A stretch of 63,975 nt of DNA, the filler included, from Chiloscyllium plagiosum (taxonomy: Eukaryota): the NCBI RefSeq assembly GCF_004010195.1. It is 6 parts of 6 records of this genome, joined end to end, with 100 filler letters (N's around TTAATTAATTAA, not from the genome) between each part and the next. Parts side by side here need not be neighbours in the genome. Positions count along the whole stretch, not along the records: positions 1 to 27,388 come from NC_057726.1; positions 27,489 to 52,895 come from NC_057718.1; 4 more parts are not named here. One strand, 5' to 3'. Within the stretch, counting starts at the first letter, position 1, and the number at the start of each line of letters is the position of its first letter. Positions 25,310-38,745 of the stretch are shown piece after piece. Below the pieces are notes generated by a model. The model was not told the DNA's origin and made no database searches. It was given only the letters and a program-made list of their open reading frames with translations. Made by a program: the position numbers and the translations under genes.

Positions 25310-27210
25310 TGATGTGTGTGAGTATGAGAAGGAGTGTGTATGGGAGAGGGTATGTATGAGTTTGTGAGTGTATAAGAATGTGTGCATATGTGTGTTTGTG
25401 TGTGTGTGAGAGAGAGAGTGTATAGTGCAGTGGGGTCACCTGTAGTGTGACATGAACCCAGGGTCCTGGTTGAGGCCATCCCCATGGGTACTGAACTTGG
25501 CAATCAGTTTCTGCTCGGCCACTGTGTTGTTGCCTATCCCAAGGTCTGCCTTGGAGGATAGTCACCCGAAGATCCAAAGCCAAATGTCCCTGAGTACTGA
25601 AGTGATCCCCTGCCTGGTGAGTGTTGTGTTGGTGTCCATTCATCCATTATCATAGTGTCTCCTTGCTCTCACCAACGTATCATGCCTTGGGACATTCTTG
25701 CCTGCAGTGTATGAGATAGACCACATTGGCCGAGTCACAAGAGTACCTGTCGCGTACATGGCGGATGGTGTCCCCACGTGTAATGGTGGTATCTGTGCCG
25801 ACATTTTGACATGTTTGGCAATGGCTGCCATGACAGATTTGTACGGTGTTGTAGTCGAAGTGGTTCGGAAAGCTAGGCTGTTTGCTACGAACAATGGTCT
25901 GCTTAAGGTTTGGGGGTGCTTTAAATGTGTGATGTGGAGGCAAAAGGGAAGGTTTTGGCGAGTTCTCATCCTAATCGATAATGTGTTGCAGGCTGTGAAG
26001 AACATGGCGTAGTTTTTCCACTCCTGGGAAGAACTGGATAATGAAGGGTACCCTGTCAGTTGCATCCCATCTCTGTCTCTTGAGGACGTCATTACAGTTT
26101 CTCACTGTGGCACGTCAGAATTAGCGATCAATGAGTTGATCATCTTAGCCTGTTCTTATGAGGGCACCCTTGAGCACCTTCAGGTATCTGCCATGATCCT
26201 CCTCATCTGAGCAAATCCTGTGTATGCGTAAGTCTTGTCCATAGCAAATGGCTTTTTAATATGTTTAGGGTGGAAGCTAGAGAGGTGTAGCATCGTGAAG
26301 TCATCCATGAGTTTGCGGTAGAGTGAGGTGCTGAGGTGCCCATCCTTGATGGAGATGCATGTGTCCAAGAATGAAAGAGATACTAAAGAGTAGTTTATGG
26401 TAACTCTAATGGTGGGATAAAACTCGTTGATATCACTGTGTAGTTCCTTCAGTGATTCCTTGCCATGGTCCAGAGGAAGAAAAAGTCATCATCTTATCAT
26501 GCACTGGGACCCTGTCTAGCTATGTCGAAGGCAACTTGAAACCCATTGTACAGGGGACTCCAGCTCCTGTTGCAACACTACAGATTTAGTACACAAACAG
26601 CACCCACAGACTAGTCGAACTGGGAGCTTTGTGCAAGTGTGTAACATGCACACAGTCACTTCACTCTCTCTCTCATGCACGTGCACGCACATATAATTCT
26701 ATGGGGTGAAGCTGTATTTGCAGAATTATACTTTCTATTTTGCTCAAAGAATGCACAATTTGCATGCAGTCAATGGAGACAGTCAATCGATGCAATACTT
26801 TGTAAATTCCACTTTGGAAATGGAACGACACTGACTCAAGATTGGGACACAGCCAGATCTTTATATGAATTGTCTCAGTTGAGATATCGCCTTCCTTTAA
26901 TTAAAAAAAAAACGTAAAATATATCGAGAATATAACTTAAAAGAAGTTCTGAGCTTTACATATATATGAACTGAAACCTGAAACCATTCTAAAAGACGAA
27001 AAACTTAACTGCAGTCTGGGTTTGTTCAAGATATCATTTTAGTTGCATGACAATTCTGAGTCTTACGGTTTTGCTCCACAACTACCTGATGAAGGAGCAG
27101 TGCTCTAGAAGCTAGTGCTTCCAAATACTGGTAAATCTGTTGGATATAACCTGGTGTTGTGTGATTTTTAACTTTGTATAACCCAGTCCAATACATGCTC
27201 CGCCACATCA
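25310..27210 (-). mobile_element. Truncated Penelope element with inverted pLTR
   Basis: DGHLSTSLYRK, NVVYLIHCRQEC motifs on minus; pLTR on plus at about 26640-27210 with a degenerate hammerhead at 27083-27117. Confidence 0.85.
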
Positions 27211-27388
27211 TAGCCTTGAATTTGGATTTGTCAAACTTGCACACTCTGCAAGCAAGTCCCTGTCATGGCTATCAGCTCATTTTATGCTTTCAACTTCTTT
27301 CTCTTGTTAGGTTAGTTTTATGTTAACCTGCCTGCCAGATTCATCAGCTATGGATGGTAAGGTCCTAGCCAGAACTAAGTTACTCATG

Positions 27389-27488
27389 NNNNNNNNNNNN
27401 NNNNNNNNNNNNNNNNNNNNNNNNNNNNNNNNTTAATTAATTAANNNNNNNNNNNNNNNNNNNNNNNNNNNNNNNNNNNNNNNNNNNN
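27389..27488. other. Artificial contig-joining linker
   Basis: 44N + TTAATTAATTAA (stops in all six frames) + 44N. Confidence 0.97.
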
Positions 27489-27574
27489 GCTAATTGGATA
27501 TCTCAATCAATGAACTAGCATCATCACAATGGGCTAAATGGCGTCCTTCTGCTGCTGTATTATTTGATGATTAA

Positions 27575-28242
27575 ACTTAGAACATAGAACTTAGAACATA
27601 GAAGAATACAGCGCAGTACAGGCCCTTTGGCCCTCGATGTTGCGCCGATCCAAGCCCACCTAACCTATACTAACCCACTATCCTCCATATACCTATCCAA
27701 TGCCCGCTTAAATGCCCATAAAGAGGGAGAGTCCACCACTGCTACTGGCAGGGCATTCCATGAACTTACGACTCGCTGAGTGAAGAACCTACCCCTAACT
27801 TCAGTCCTATATCTACCCCCCCTTAATTTAAAGCTATGCCCCCTTGTAATACCCGACTCCATACGCGGAAAAAGGTTCACATTGTCAACCCTATCTAACC
27901 CCCTAATCATCTTGTACACCTCAATCAAGTCACCCCTAAACCTTCTTTTCTCTAATGAAAACTGAACCAAGTGTCTCAGTCTTTCCTCATACGATCTTCC
28001 TTCCATACCAGGCAACATCCTGGTAAACCTCCTCTGCACCCGTTCCAGTGCCTCCACATCCTTCCTATAGTATGGCGACCAAAACTGCACACAATATTCC
28101 AGATGCGGCCGCACCAGAGTCTTATACAACTGCATCATGACCTCAGGACTCCGGAACTCAATTCCTCTACCAATAAAAGCCAGTACGCCATATGCCTTCC
28201 TCACCGCACTATTTACCTGGGTGGCAACTTTCAGAGATCTGT
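27575..28242 (-). mobile_element. Young CR1/HER1-type LINE 3' fragment
   Basis: Open frame to the natural stop (…VRPHLEYCVQFWSP…RYMEDSGLV*) with a TTCTATG/AG-type repeat tail; nearly identical to 44915-45460. Confidence 0.93.
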
Positions 28243-28665
28243 GTACCTATTCCTACCCTTGTTGTTTATTTCTGTCTAAGACAAGTTCCTGCCTCATTCT
28301 CACTTCTCTTAATTTAATCATTTGACTTCTCAGTCCCAGGGAGGGAGACAACAGGTCACGGCTTGACTCTGAACCCGAGCATTTTAGACAAACAAGGATT
28401 GGAGCCCCAGCTGGCCTGAGGTGGGGCATGTGGTGGGGGCAGGGAGATCCTGGAGGAGGAGGGACAAGAGGGAAAGGTCAATGGGCACAGAGTCTCCAAA
28501 AACAAATACTCGACAACTCATCCTCCATTCCAGTCTAGGAGAGAGGGCAATGGACAGAGCATCCAATGTAGATACTGAGACCCACCCAACTTTAAATACA
28601 ACAGAATGGCAGTGTGTTGTCCAACCCACTCCTCAGAAAAGAGGCACATTTGAAATAATTAGATG

Positions 28666-29330
28666 TGTTACGACATGTGGTAAACCCCTCTGTTGATTTA
28701 AACCAGCAAAGATTCACCCCATGTTGCAATCTGCTAAAACTCAAAAGTCACTAATTAAAGTTAAAAGTTAACAACTTTATTCTTTAAGACCAACAGAGAA
28801 TATTAAAACCAACATCTATTGACAACTCCTGTCTCTTAAACCTATCTTTTACATTCCACTCTCCAATACGAGTTCGATAAAAAATCCCAATTACGATTTA
28901 CAAAAAAGTAATCACATTTCAAAGCCAGTCAGCTTTGCTGAATCTCCTTTGTAGATTCTCTCCAGGTCAGTTGTGATGTTCTGCTGTGCAGACTTCTGCC
29001 ACAGACAGATGTCTCTCAGAGAGCTCTTAAACTAGCAGCCTACATCTGTTGGTCTTTTGGCAGTTCTCTCTCAGCTGTTCAAAAATGTCGGGTTTTATAC
29101 CCCAAAACATCAGACCATTTCATTGATTGAATGTTGGTATCTTGACACATGATTTAAACTGAGTGGCCGAATTTGAATTTGCTTTTGTCTCATGGCAACC
29201 CATCTGCTGCTATTTGTGTCGAACAAATCTTACATTGCCACATATTTCAGAACATTTTGTGATGTGTCAGTCAGGTCTTGCTAGCTTTTCAACTCTCTTA
29301 AAGGTACAGTACCTCTACACCCTCATAACA
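28666..29330 (-). mobile_element. Solo LTR (Gypsy-like)
   Basis: TGTTA...TAACA inverted termini; flanks gatg/aatg (4-bp TSD, 1 mismatch); minus-strand TATAAAA at 29093-29099 and AATAAA at 28776-28781. Confidence 0.8.
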
Positions 29331-30159
29331 AATGGTTTAAAGGGATAACATAAGCACAGAAAGTTCCAGATGCACTCAGATAACAAGTGGTGAAGATGCT
29401 AATTTGAGGGGTTACTAACATTGTTCCCCCAAAGCTTGACAAGAACTCCTCTAGCTCTGTGTTCAGGCAGAGGAGGGACTGGTTCAGGGTCATTGAATGA
29501 CCATTCCTTTGACCTGGGTTTTTCAATCTGTCCTTGACAGTATTGATGTTGGTCTGATCATACCTGCCTTATTGCAGTTAAAGAAATTGCTTACAGCATT
29601 TGGAGACAGTTCAAAATAAAATTAATCCAAAATATTTGATATGTGGAAAAGAGAGAGATTCATATCCTATCTGAACATTGATAATTAAGAAAAAAACACA
29701 ATTCAATGAAAAATATAACAAGGGGCTCAGTGTTATATAGTTACAGACACAGAACAATGCACAGAGACAATAACACTGTCTATTTGCAGAGATTGTGAGG
29801 AACTGTCACCCATTGCAGTGTGGACCATGTGATCTACAACACAACAGTTCTTTAAACAAAAGAATTGACCATGTCCATCATTGAGAACATTTCAACTTGA
29901 AATGGACAGACCCCTGGTCTCTCCGAGAATTTCTGGGATATGATGAACTGCTGGGAAAGTGGAATTGGGACAGGTTATCCATCAGGATTGTAGCAAATGG
30001 TGAAGTAGCTTGAAGAAACTGTTAGCTTTCCACATGCTTCTATTTCTTATGTTCCTATATTCGAAAGCAGCATTGTTCTCCCAGTGACCTTGTTGTGTTT
30101 AAATCAGTTCCTGTCTTTCTGATGAGAGTGGCCACACTTCAAAAGCAATTCACTCATTA

Positions 30160-32090
30160 GAACATAGAATACAAAACATTACAGCACTGTACAGGCCCTT
30201 CAGCCCACGATGTTGCATCAACCTGTGAAATCAACCCAAAGCCCAACTAACCCACACTATTCCATTTTCATCTGTATGTTTATCCAGCGACCATTTAAAT
30301 GCCCTTAAAGTTGGCAAGTCTACTATTGTGTCAGGCAGGGCATTCCATGCCCATATTAGTCTCTGAGTAAAGAAACTACCTCTAACATCCGTACGATATC
30401 TATCACCTGTAAATTTAAAGCTATGTGCCCATATGCTAGGCATCACCATCTGATGAAAAAGGCTCTTACCTTATTCAACCCTCTGATTATCTTACATGTC
30501 TCCATTAAGTCAACTCTCAACCTTCTTCTCTCTAACGAATACAACCTCAAGTCCCTCAGTCTTTCCTTGTAAACAATAACAGGCAACATCCTAGTAAATC
30601 TCCTCTGAACCCTTCCACATCATGCAGTGACCAGAACTGTACTCAATACTCCAAGTGCAACCGCACCAGAGTTTTGTACAGCTACAGCATGACCTCATGG
30701 CTCCGAAACTCAATTCCTCTATGAATAAAAACTAACACACCATATGCATTCTTAACAACTGTATCAACCTGGGCGGCAACTTTCAGGGATCTATGGACAT
30801 GGACATTGCGATCTCTCATCTACATGACCAGGAATCTTACCATTAGCCCATTACTCTTTATTCCTGTTGCTCCTTCCAAAGTAAATTACCTAACCCTTTT
30901 TGACATTAAACTCCATTTGCCACCTCTAAGCCCAGCTCCGCAGCTCATCTATGTCCTTCTGCAACCTATAACATCCTTCAGCACTATGCACCAACCTTGG
31001 TGTCATCTGCAAATTTACTAACCCATCCTTCTGCATCCTCTTCCAGGTCATTTATAAAAATGACAAACAACAGTGACATCAAAACAGACCCTTGCAATAC
31101 ACCACTCGTAACTGAACTCCAGGATGAACATTTCCCATCAACCACCAAACTGATCCAAACTACTAAATCACCCTCAATCCCATGCCTCCGTATTTTGTGC
31201 AATAGACTATCGAGGGGATCCTTATCAAAGGCTTTACTGAAATCCATATACACCACATCTACCGCTTTACCCTCACCCATCTGTTTGGTCACCATCTCAA
31301 AGGACTTAGTAAGGTTTGTGAGGCATGACCTAACCTTCACAAAACCATGTTGACTATCCCTGTTCAATTTATTCCTCTCCAGATGATGATACATAATATC
31401 TCTTATAATCTTTTCCAAAACTTTACCCACAACCGTGGGTAATATAGACAAACCCTGTTGTTCTTTCAGGGGTCCTATTCTCTTTTCGTTGTCCTTTTGC
31501 TCTGAATGCACTTGTGGAGTCTCTTTGGATTATTCTGACACACATTAGCTAAAGCTGTCTCATATCCCCTTGTTGCATTCCTGATTTCCCTCTTAAGAAT
31601 CCCCCTATTCCCTTTGTACTCTTCAAGAGACTCACATGGTCCCAGTTATCTATACCTGACATATGCTTCCTTCATATATGCTTCCTTCATTTTCTTGACC
31701 AGAGCCTCAACATTTCAAGTCATCCAGTGTTCCCTACACTTCCCAGCCTTACCTTTCACTCTAACAGGAATATATTGTCTCTGAACTCTCATTATCACAT
31801 TTTTGACAGTTTCCCACTTGTCAGTGATCCCTTTGCCTGTTGCCAATCTACCCCAATAACTTTTCTCAGACTGTCACCATTGATCTTTTAGAAAAGGCCT
31901 ATCCTCTTTCTTAACTATTCTTGAATTAATAGAGTTATGATCACTGGTCCAAAATGGTCCCCCACCAGCACTTCAGATACTTGTCCTGTCATATTTCCCA
32001 AGATAAAGTCATGTTTTGAGTATTTTCCAGTGGGTTCATCTACATATTGATAAAGAAACTTTTCTTGAATACATTAAACAAATTCCTAAC
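30160..32090 (-). mobile_element. CR1/HER1-type LINE ORF2 fragments
   Basis: QHGFVK, YMDFSKAFDK, SGVLQGSVL, KFADDTKV motifs and 3' tail; older upstream fragments. Confidence 0.85.
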
Positions 32091-33549
32091 AAAAATAGGA
32101 ATTGTTGGAAAAGCTCAGTAGATCTGGCAGCGTATGTGGAGAGAAATCAAAGTTAACGTTTCAGGTCGGCTGACCCTTTTTCAGAACTAATAGTAGCTGG
32201 AAAAGTGCCCATTTTTGTGCAGATGATAGGATGGGGAAAAGAGGTAAGGAGAAAGTGATAGTTGGAGATGGAGCCCTAAGAGAGAGAAGAATGTTTGGAT
32301 AGACAAAATGTTGACTTAGATAAAGACAAGTTCCTCCACATCTCAGTTCTGAAGGGCTGCCTGTCCATTCTGAGGCTGTGCCCTCAGGTCCAAGTCTCTC
32401 CTACCAGGGTATTCATCTTCTCCGTGTCCATTTTATCCAGGCTACTAAGCATCCTGTAAATTTCAATCAGATTCTGCGTACCCTTCCACATCCTTCCACA
32501 TTCTTCCAAAGTCGATAGAATACAGACCGGGGGTCCTCAACCATTCCTCATATGACAAGCCCTTCATCCTTGGGATTATTCTTGTAAACCTCTGGATCCA
32601 CCTCCAAGGCCAGCACATCTTTCCTTAGAGTCACCTCACAGAAATAAAGAACCCCAAAGATAATTGGAAAATACATTGTCCATATTTGGAACACTTGAGG
32701 TTCTGAGAATTTAATCTCAAAAGAGAAGGCTTTTCTTTGAACTTCAAATCAAGAAGCCAAGATGTCAAATTTTAACCAGACAGGCTGATAGTTCAAGAAG
32801 ATATCCAGGAATAGAAACCAATGGGTCACTGCAGTGGTTCAAAAGGCAGCTCAGCCCCACCTTCTCAAGGCAATTAAGGATGGGCAATAAATGCTGGCCC
32901 AGCCAGTGAAACCCACATCTCACAAAACACTTGGAAAAAATTGCAAAAACTGAGTGGAACTTCTTCCCACAGTGAATCCATCCCCAAGATCACTCTCCAT
33001 CTTCTCCCCAATCTTCTTGATCTCATTACACAGAGTTGGGTTAAACAGTGACTTGGTCAATTGAGAGGTTGCAGTGGGAGGAGTGTAAAAAATTTCAATG
33101 GAAGGAATTGAAGAATATTTTGAGGAATGACAAGGCAGGTTCAAGAATATTAGCTTCACTGAGGATAAGGTACCACACATTAATAGAATAGAATAGATTA
33201 GCTTTTATTGTCACATACACTCAAATGAGTGCAGCGAAAAGTTTGTAATATCACTTCTTAGCGCCATCTTAGGTACTCAGTACCCAGGTACGGATTCTTT
33301 AAGTGCCATCACAGGATAACATCAATGTAGGTTAGCATGGAAAGAGAGTTTAAAAAGTACAAAATGATCAGAAAATGTGACTATGAATTACTTAAGTTCT
33401 GCTCCTTTTCCAACACGAGTCCATGCCCACCAGCTTCAGAACACAAGGCCATGCTGGCTCCACACGCTGGCCTCCATCCAGGACTCACTCTGCTGCTAGT
33501 CCAGCAGCGGCCCCTGTCTTACACTGCTGCCATCTTGGACAAATGGCTA

Positions 33550-34610
33550 TTACGCTATTTAATAAAATGAGAGTCCTTGGCATGGGAAGTAGTATAGATT
33601 GAGGATTGGCAAACTAAACAATGACAGAGAGTTGGGATAAAGGGGGCATTTTCAAGGTAACAACATGTGATTTGTGAAGTGCCCCGGGCTCAGTGCTGGG
33701 CCACAATTATTGACAATCGGTAATAATGATGAGGTGAGGAAAGTGAATCGACTGCAGCAAAGTTTGTGGATGGCACAAAAATAAATGGGAAGGCAAGTGG
33801 TGAGAATCACGCAAAGAGTCTGCACAGGGCCAGGACAGTGGATGTTCTTGAGGGTAGGATGGTGTCGACATAGACATAACTAAATCATTTGACAAGGCCC
33901 CTTATGGTAAGCTGGTCCAGATGATAAAGTCACATTGGATCCATGGTCAGTTGGGCAGTTGAATACAAATTGGCTTGGTCATAGAAGATACAGGGGAGCT
34001 ATGGAGGGGTGTTTTCCGGACTGAAGGTCTGTGATCAGTAGCATACTGCAAGGGTCAGGGCTGGGACTTCCTTCATTTTAATATATATATATATATATAG
34101 ATATGAAAATATAAGTGGACTTAAATTTGCAGATGACACGACAATGGGTGTAGTTATAGATAGTGAGGAAGATTGTCAAAGCATGCAGCAGAATATGGAT
34201 CAGTTGGAAATTTCAGCAGAGAAATGGCAGATAGAGTTTAATCTGGAAAGTGTGAGGTGATGCATTTTGTGAGGTCAAATACAATTGGAAAGGATAAAGT
34301 AAATTGTTGGAGCATTGTTATACAGAGCAATTTTGTGGTACAAGTCCATAGCTTGCTGAAAGTGGCAACATCAGTGGATCAGGGAGTAAAGAAGTTGTAT
34401 GGCATGTTTGTTTCATTGATTGGGGAATTGAGAAGAAATGTTCACAAGTCATGTTGCTGCTGTAAAAAAATTTAGTTTCACCACATTTGGAATATTGGAT
34501 GCAGTTCTGGTTTTCACACCGTAGGAAGGATTGGAGGCTTTGGAGAGACGTTTACCAGGGTGTTGCCTGGATTGAAGTGTATCAGCTACAAGGAGAGGTT
34601 GGAAAATGTC
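33550..34610 (+). mobile_element. Decayed CR1 LINE fragments
   Basis: FADDT, WQIEFN, EYWMQFW motifs; heavily mutated. Confidence 0.75.
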
Positions 34611-35890
34611 AGAAACAAAATCAGAAGTTGCTGGGAAAGCTCAGTTGGTCCGGCAGCATCTGTGAAGAAAAACATTTTGGGTCTGGTCACCCTTCCTCAG
34701 ACCTGATAGTAGCTCAGAAAATGTGGGTTTTATGCACTAAATAGGGTGGGGGGATGAGGTAAGGAGTAAATGATAGTTGGGGATAGAGCCCAAACAGGGA
34801 GAAAAACAGTTCAACAGACAATGAGTGGGTAATGATCTGGGTGGGAGGATGAATAGCTGTTAATGGAGACTTTTAGTGACTAACAATAGGTAGTGTGTAA
34901 TGGCAGACTATCTGATAACAAGGCCTGGTGTGTGTGGTAGAAGAATAGGACCTGGGGGTGTTCAGGCCAGAAAATTATTGTACTCAATATAAAGTCCAGA
35001 GGGCTGCAGGGTCCCCAAGTGGAAAATGAGATGTTGTTCTTCCAGCTTGTGTTAAGCTTCATAGGAGCACTGCAACAAGGCCTGAGACAGATGTTGGCCA
35101 GGGAACACGGTGGGGTATTAACGTGGCGGGCAACTGGAAGCTCAGGGACTTTTTTATGGGCAAAATGTAGATGTTCTGCGAAGGGGTCACACAGTCCACA
35201 CTTTATTTCCCCAATATAGAAGAGACCACATTGTAAGCAGCGAATTAGATTGTGGGACACGCCGACAAAGTGCTGCTTCATCTGGAAGGTATGTTGGGCC
35301 CTTGGATACTGAGGAGGGAGGAGGTAAAATAGCAGGTGTTACACCTTTGGTAGTTGCAGGGGAAGATACCTGAGGATGTGGGGGTGTTGGGAGTGAAAGA
35401 AGAATGGGCCTGTGTGTCCTTAGGAAACAGTCCCTGTGGAAGGTGGACAAGGGAGGGGAGGGGAATGTGTGTCTGGTGGTGGCATCTCACTGGAAGTTGT
35501 GGAAATGGTAACTGATGACCTTCTGGATGTGGATGTTGATGTGATGGCAGGCAAGAACACAGGGAACCATATCTCTGTTATATGAGGGAAGAGAGGAAGT
35601 AAGGGCGTAAGTGTAGGAGATTGGCCAGACGTAGTTGAGGGCCCTGTCAACAATGGTGCTGGGGCATCCTTGGACGAGGAAGAAGGTGTACATTTCAATG
35701 GCTTCCTTGTCAAAGTTAGCCTCATTGGAACATATGTAAAAGAGAGGGAGAAACTGGGAGAGTGGAATGGAATCTTTACACGAAACTGGGTGAGAGGATG
35801 TATAGTCCAGGTAGCTGGGGGAGTCGGTGGGTTTATCGTGGAGATTTGTGGCCAGACTGTCCCCAAAAATGGAAACAGATGTTGAGAATG
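34610..35890 (-). mobile_element. Decayed Penelope-like element (third family)
   Basis: IRCLQCGLFYIGE...FAEHL...PVARH (GIY-YIG) on minus, with a pLTR-like end at about 34610-34710. Confidence 0.8.
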
Positions 35891-35975
35891 GAAAGGCGAA
35901 GTCAGAGATAGACCTGTGCTGTACTGTTCTATGTTTTGTGTACTGGCCTGTGTTCTATGCCTCCACTGTTGTGTT

Positions 35976-36190
35976 TGGAATGACGTCAGCCAGGTGGATC
36001 TCAGAGAATACGAATTCCCTGATTGGGGCTGTTTTTCTGGTTCAATCAGCGAGCACTGGCTGACAGATAGAAATAGAAATATCACTGTAAGAGATGGTTC
36101 TGAGGGAGCTCAATCAGTGTCAAGGACTTCCCACGTGTAAATAAAGGATGACTTGGTGATGGTATTCCGGCATCAGTGGAGTTGTCGCCC
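35976..36190 (+). mobile_element. Short solo LTR, same family as the LTR ending at 49501
   Basis: gtcagccaggtgga...ccctgattggggctg...ctggctgacagata shared with the minus strand of 49400-49501; contains AATAAA. Confidence 0.65.
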
Positions 36191-37099
36191 CCCACCCCCC
36201 ACTGTAATCAGACTGAAACACTGTGCACTCTGCTTGCCCTCTGGTCCCAGTGAACCACCTACCCTCACCCCTCTAACCCACCCCCCTCCCATCCACCCAC
36301 AGCCCCCACCTCCTACCGCCATTGTCACAGATGGAAACTTACATTATCAAATTTGCTAATCAATTGTATCAAAGGAGCTGCTCCTTAACAAATTCAAAGA
36401 ACTATCTGAAAATCGATCCAAATAGCAAACTGCCTGTATGAGGGAAATGTGAGCACAGAGCCCCTCACATCAACAATGCTCCTTCACAGACCAATCAGCA
36501 GCACTACACAGAGTCCCTCTGTCCCCACAATCCAGACCAACCATCCGACTGCCTCTTGCCTCTTGCAATGGGGAGCCAGCTCCTGCCCACTCCCTGCTCT
36601 AGATCCTGGAATCCAGATTCACTCTCATTCCCAACACTGAGCCACCACTGATCAGGATCACAACTGATCTCGGTGTGACTGTGGTCTCACTGTCTCTCCA
36701 TCCACGTACTCTCTCCACTCTTCACTGCTTTGAGAAACTTTGGGTCCACTTTCTGTTGGAAAGTCTCAGACACACATTGCAGCTCCTGGCACTATCTCTC
36801 AGGGTCATCTTCTAATTGTTGCTTTCATCAGCTTCCTCCCAGCACCAGTGGTTTCTCCTCCAGACTCTGATCATCTCTGTGCTGTCCCCAGGGCACCATT
36901 GCTGAACACCCCACCATCATCATTTCACCCTCAGAAACCTGCTCAACATTTCCATCTCCCCCATCACTGCACTATCCATCCACCTCCTCCAATCATCCCA
37001 AGGCTGTGTCCACTCTCTCCAAATGCCCGTCCAACATGAGGACACAGCAAAGATGAAACATCCTCTTCAGCTCAGCCACACAGCCTCTCCCAATGATCC

Positions 37100-37395
37100 A
37101 ACCTCACACTTTAGTAATAGACCCCAGCGTCACTGGGCTGCACGTTTGTGATGGTCAGAATGAACCTGTTACTGGACAGGTCTCTGGAAGGCTGGAATTG
37201 CTCAAAGAATCCTGGGCTCCATTGTGTGATGTTCTTCACGTTATACATGAAAATCCACACAGTGTTATTCCCTGGTCTGCCCCAATGCCAGTGAATATCA
37301 GTGTGTGTCACTGTGGCATTCCTCATGGTGCACTGTAACCAGGCAGTCTGACCCTCGGTGATATGTTCCAGGATCAGAGGCTGGAGAATTTACAC
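37100..37395 (-). pseudogene. Germline-joined VJ-family exon, copy C (V1-type, broken)
   Basis: LQPLILEHITEGQTAWLQCTMRNATVTHTDIHWHWGRPG...FQPSRDLSSNRFILTITNVQPSDAGVYY*. Acceptor mutated (ctcaag to ctcaat), Cys codon deleted, J part lost; upstream intron matches that of 47384. Confidence 0.85.
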
Positions 37396-37829
37396 ATTGA
37401 GGGGATAAATATCAAGAATTTCAGAATCAATTCTCCAAGTTGTTACAGATCAACAAAATTTGTTTGAATAATTAATTAATTGACACATTTTCATATTAGT
37501 AACTTTTTGTTCTCATTACTATGAGTATTAAAACTATAATATAACTTGAAGAGGAACAACAGGGTCAGAGTGTAGAGTGACGTTTCCTGAATAATGACAG
37601 TTCCTGATTACAGTTCCTAGCCTCAGGCTCTCCCCATTCCCTGTCTCCACCAGGCATTCCATGATCCTCATGTGTACCATTCCCTTCTCCTTGATCCCAG
37701 CCCATTTGGTGAGATATTGAGGCAATATGGTTTGACCGCAAAAGTAAGATGGATGCAATTACTCTGATAAGATTATACTATAGCTACCACCCCCACCTCC
37801 CCACCCCCCTCCCTACTGTCACAGAGATA

Positions 37830-38745
37830 TTAAGGAGTAAATATGCAGGCCAATTTTGGAAAGATGCATAAAAAACAGAATTGTCATGGTGGGTGACTTT
37901 AATTTCACAAGATTGACTGGAACCCCCTCAGAGCAAGAGACATAGATAGGGCAAAGTGTGCTAAGTGCATCCAAGATGGTTTCTTGAAACAGTAAGTGGA
38001 TAGTCTAACTAGAGGAGTGGCCATACTGGACATTGTACTAGCGAATGAGCCTGGCCAGGTGGCTGACCCTTCAGTGTGACAGCATTTTGGAAACAGTGAT
38101 CACAACACTTTAAATGTTAAAATAGCTATGTAGAAGGTTGTCAAAGGATAGAGTGGGATAGAGATCATTTGCAGAAATGGATGGAGAAATGGCAGATGGA
38201 GTTTAATCTGGCTAAGTGTGACGTGCTGCACTTTGGGAGATCAAACATTAAGGAAAAGAACACAATAAATGGGAGGACAGAACGGGATTAATGTACAGAT
38301 GGATCTTGGGGTTCAAATCCAAAGCTCCCTGAAAATGGCCACATAAGTAAATAGGATGGCAAAGAAGGCATATGGCATTGCTTCCTTTATTGGTCAGGGA
38401 TGTGAGTACAAGAGTCAGGATGTCGGACAGAATACTTTTCCCAGAGTTGAAATGTGTAATACGAGGGGGCATGCAGATAAAGTGAGAGGGAGAAAGTTCA
38501 ATGGAGATGTGAGAGTAAAGTTTTTTTTTGCACAGATGGTTGTAGGAATCTGGAACCCACTGCCAGAGATGGTGGTTGAAGCAGACGCAATCAGGGCACT
38601 TAGGGAACTTAGATAAGCAAGGTATGGATGGATGTGAACCCAGGGCAGGCGGAAGGGAGTAGTTTCATTTGGCGTTACATTCAGCACAACATCGTGAGCT
38701 GAAGAGTCCGTTCCTGTGCTGTATTCTTCAATTTTCTATGTTCGA
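37830..38745 (+). mobile_element. Decayed CR1 LINE (endonuclease and 3' fragments)
   Basis: GDFNF...DW, PTRG.AILD.VL and TRGH...VRG motifs; TTCTATG tail. Confidence 0.8.
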
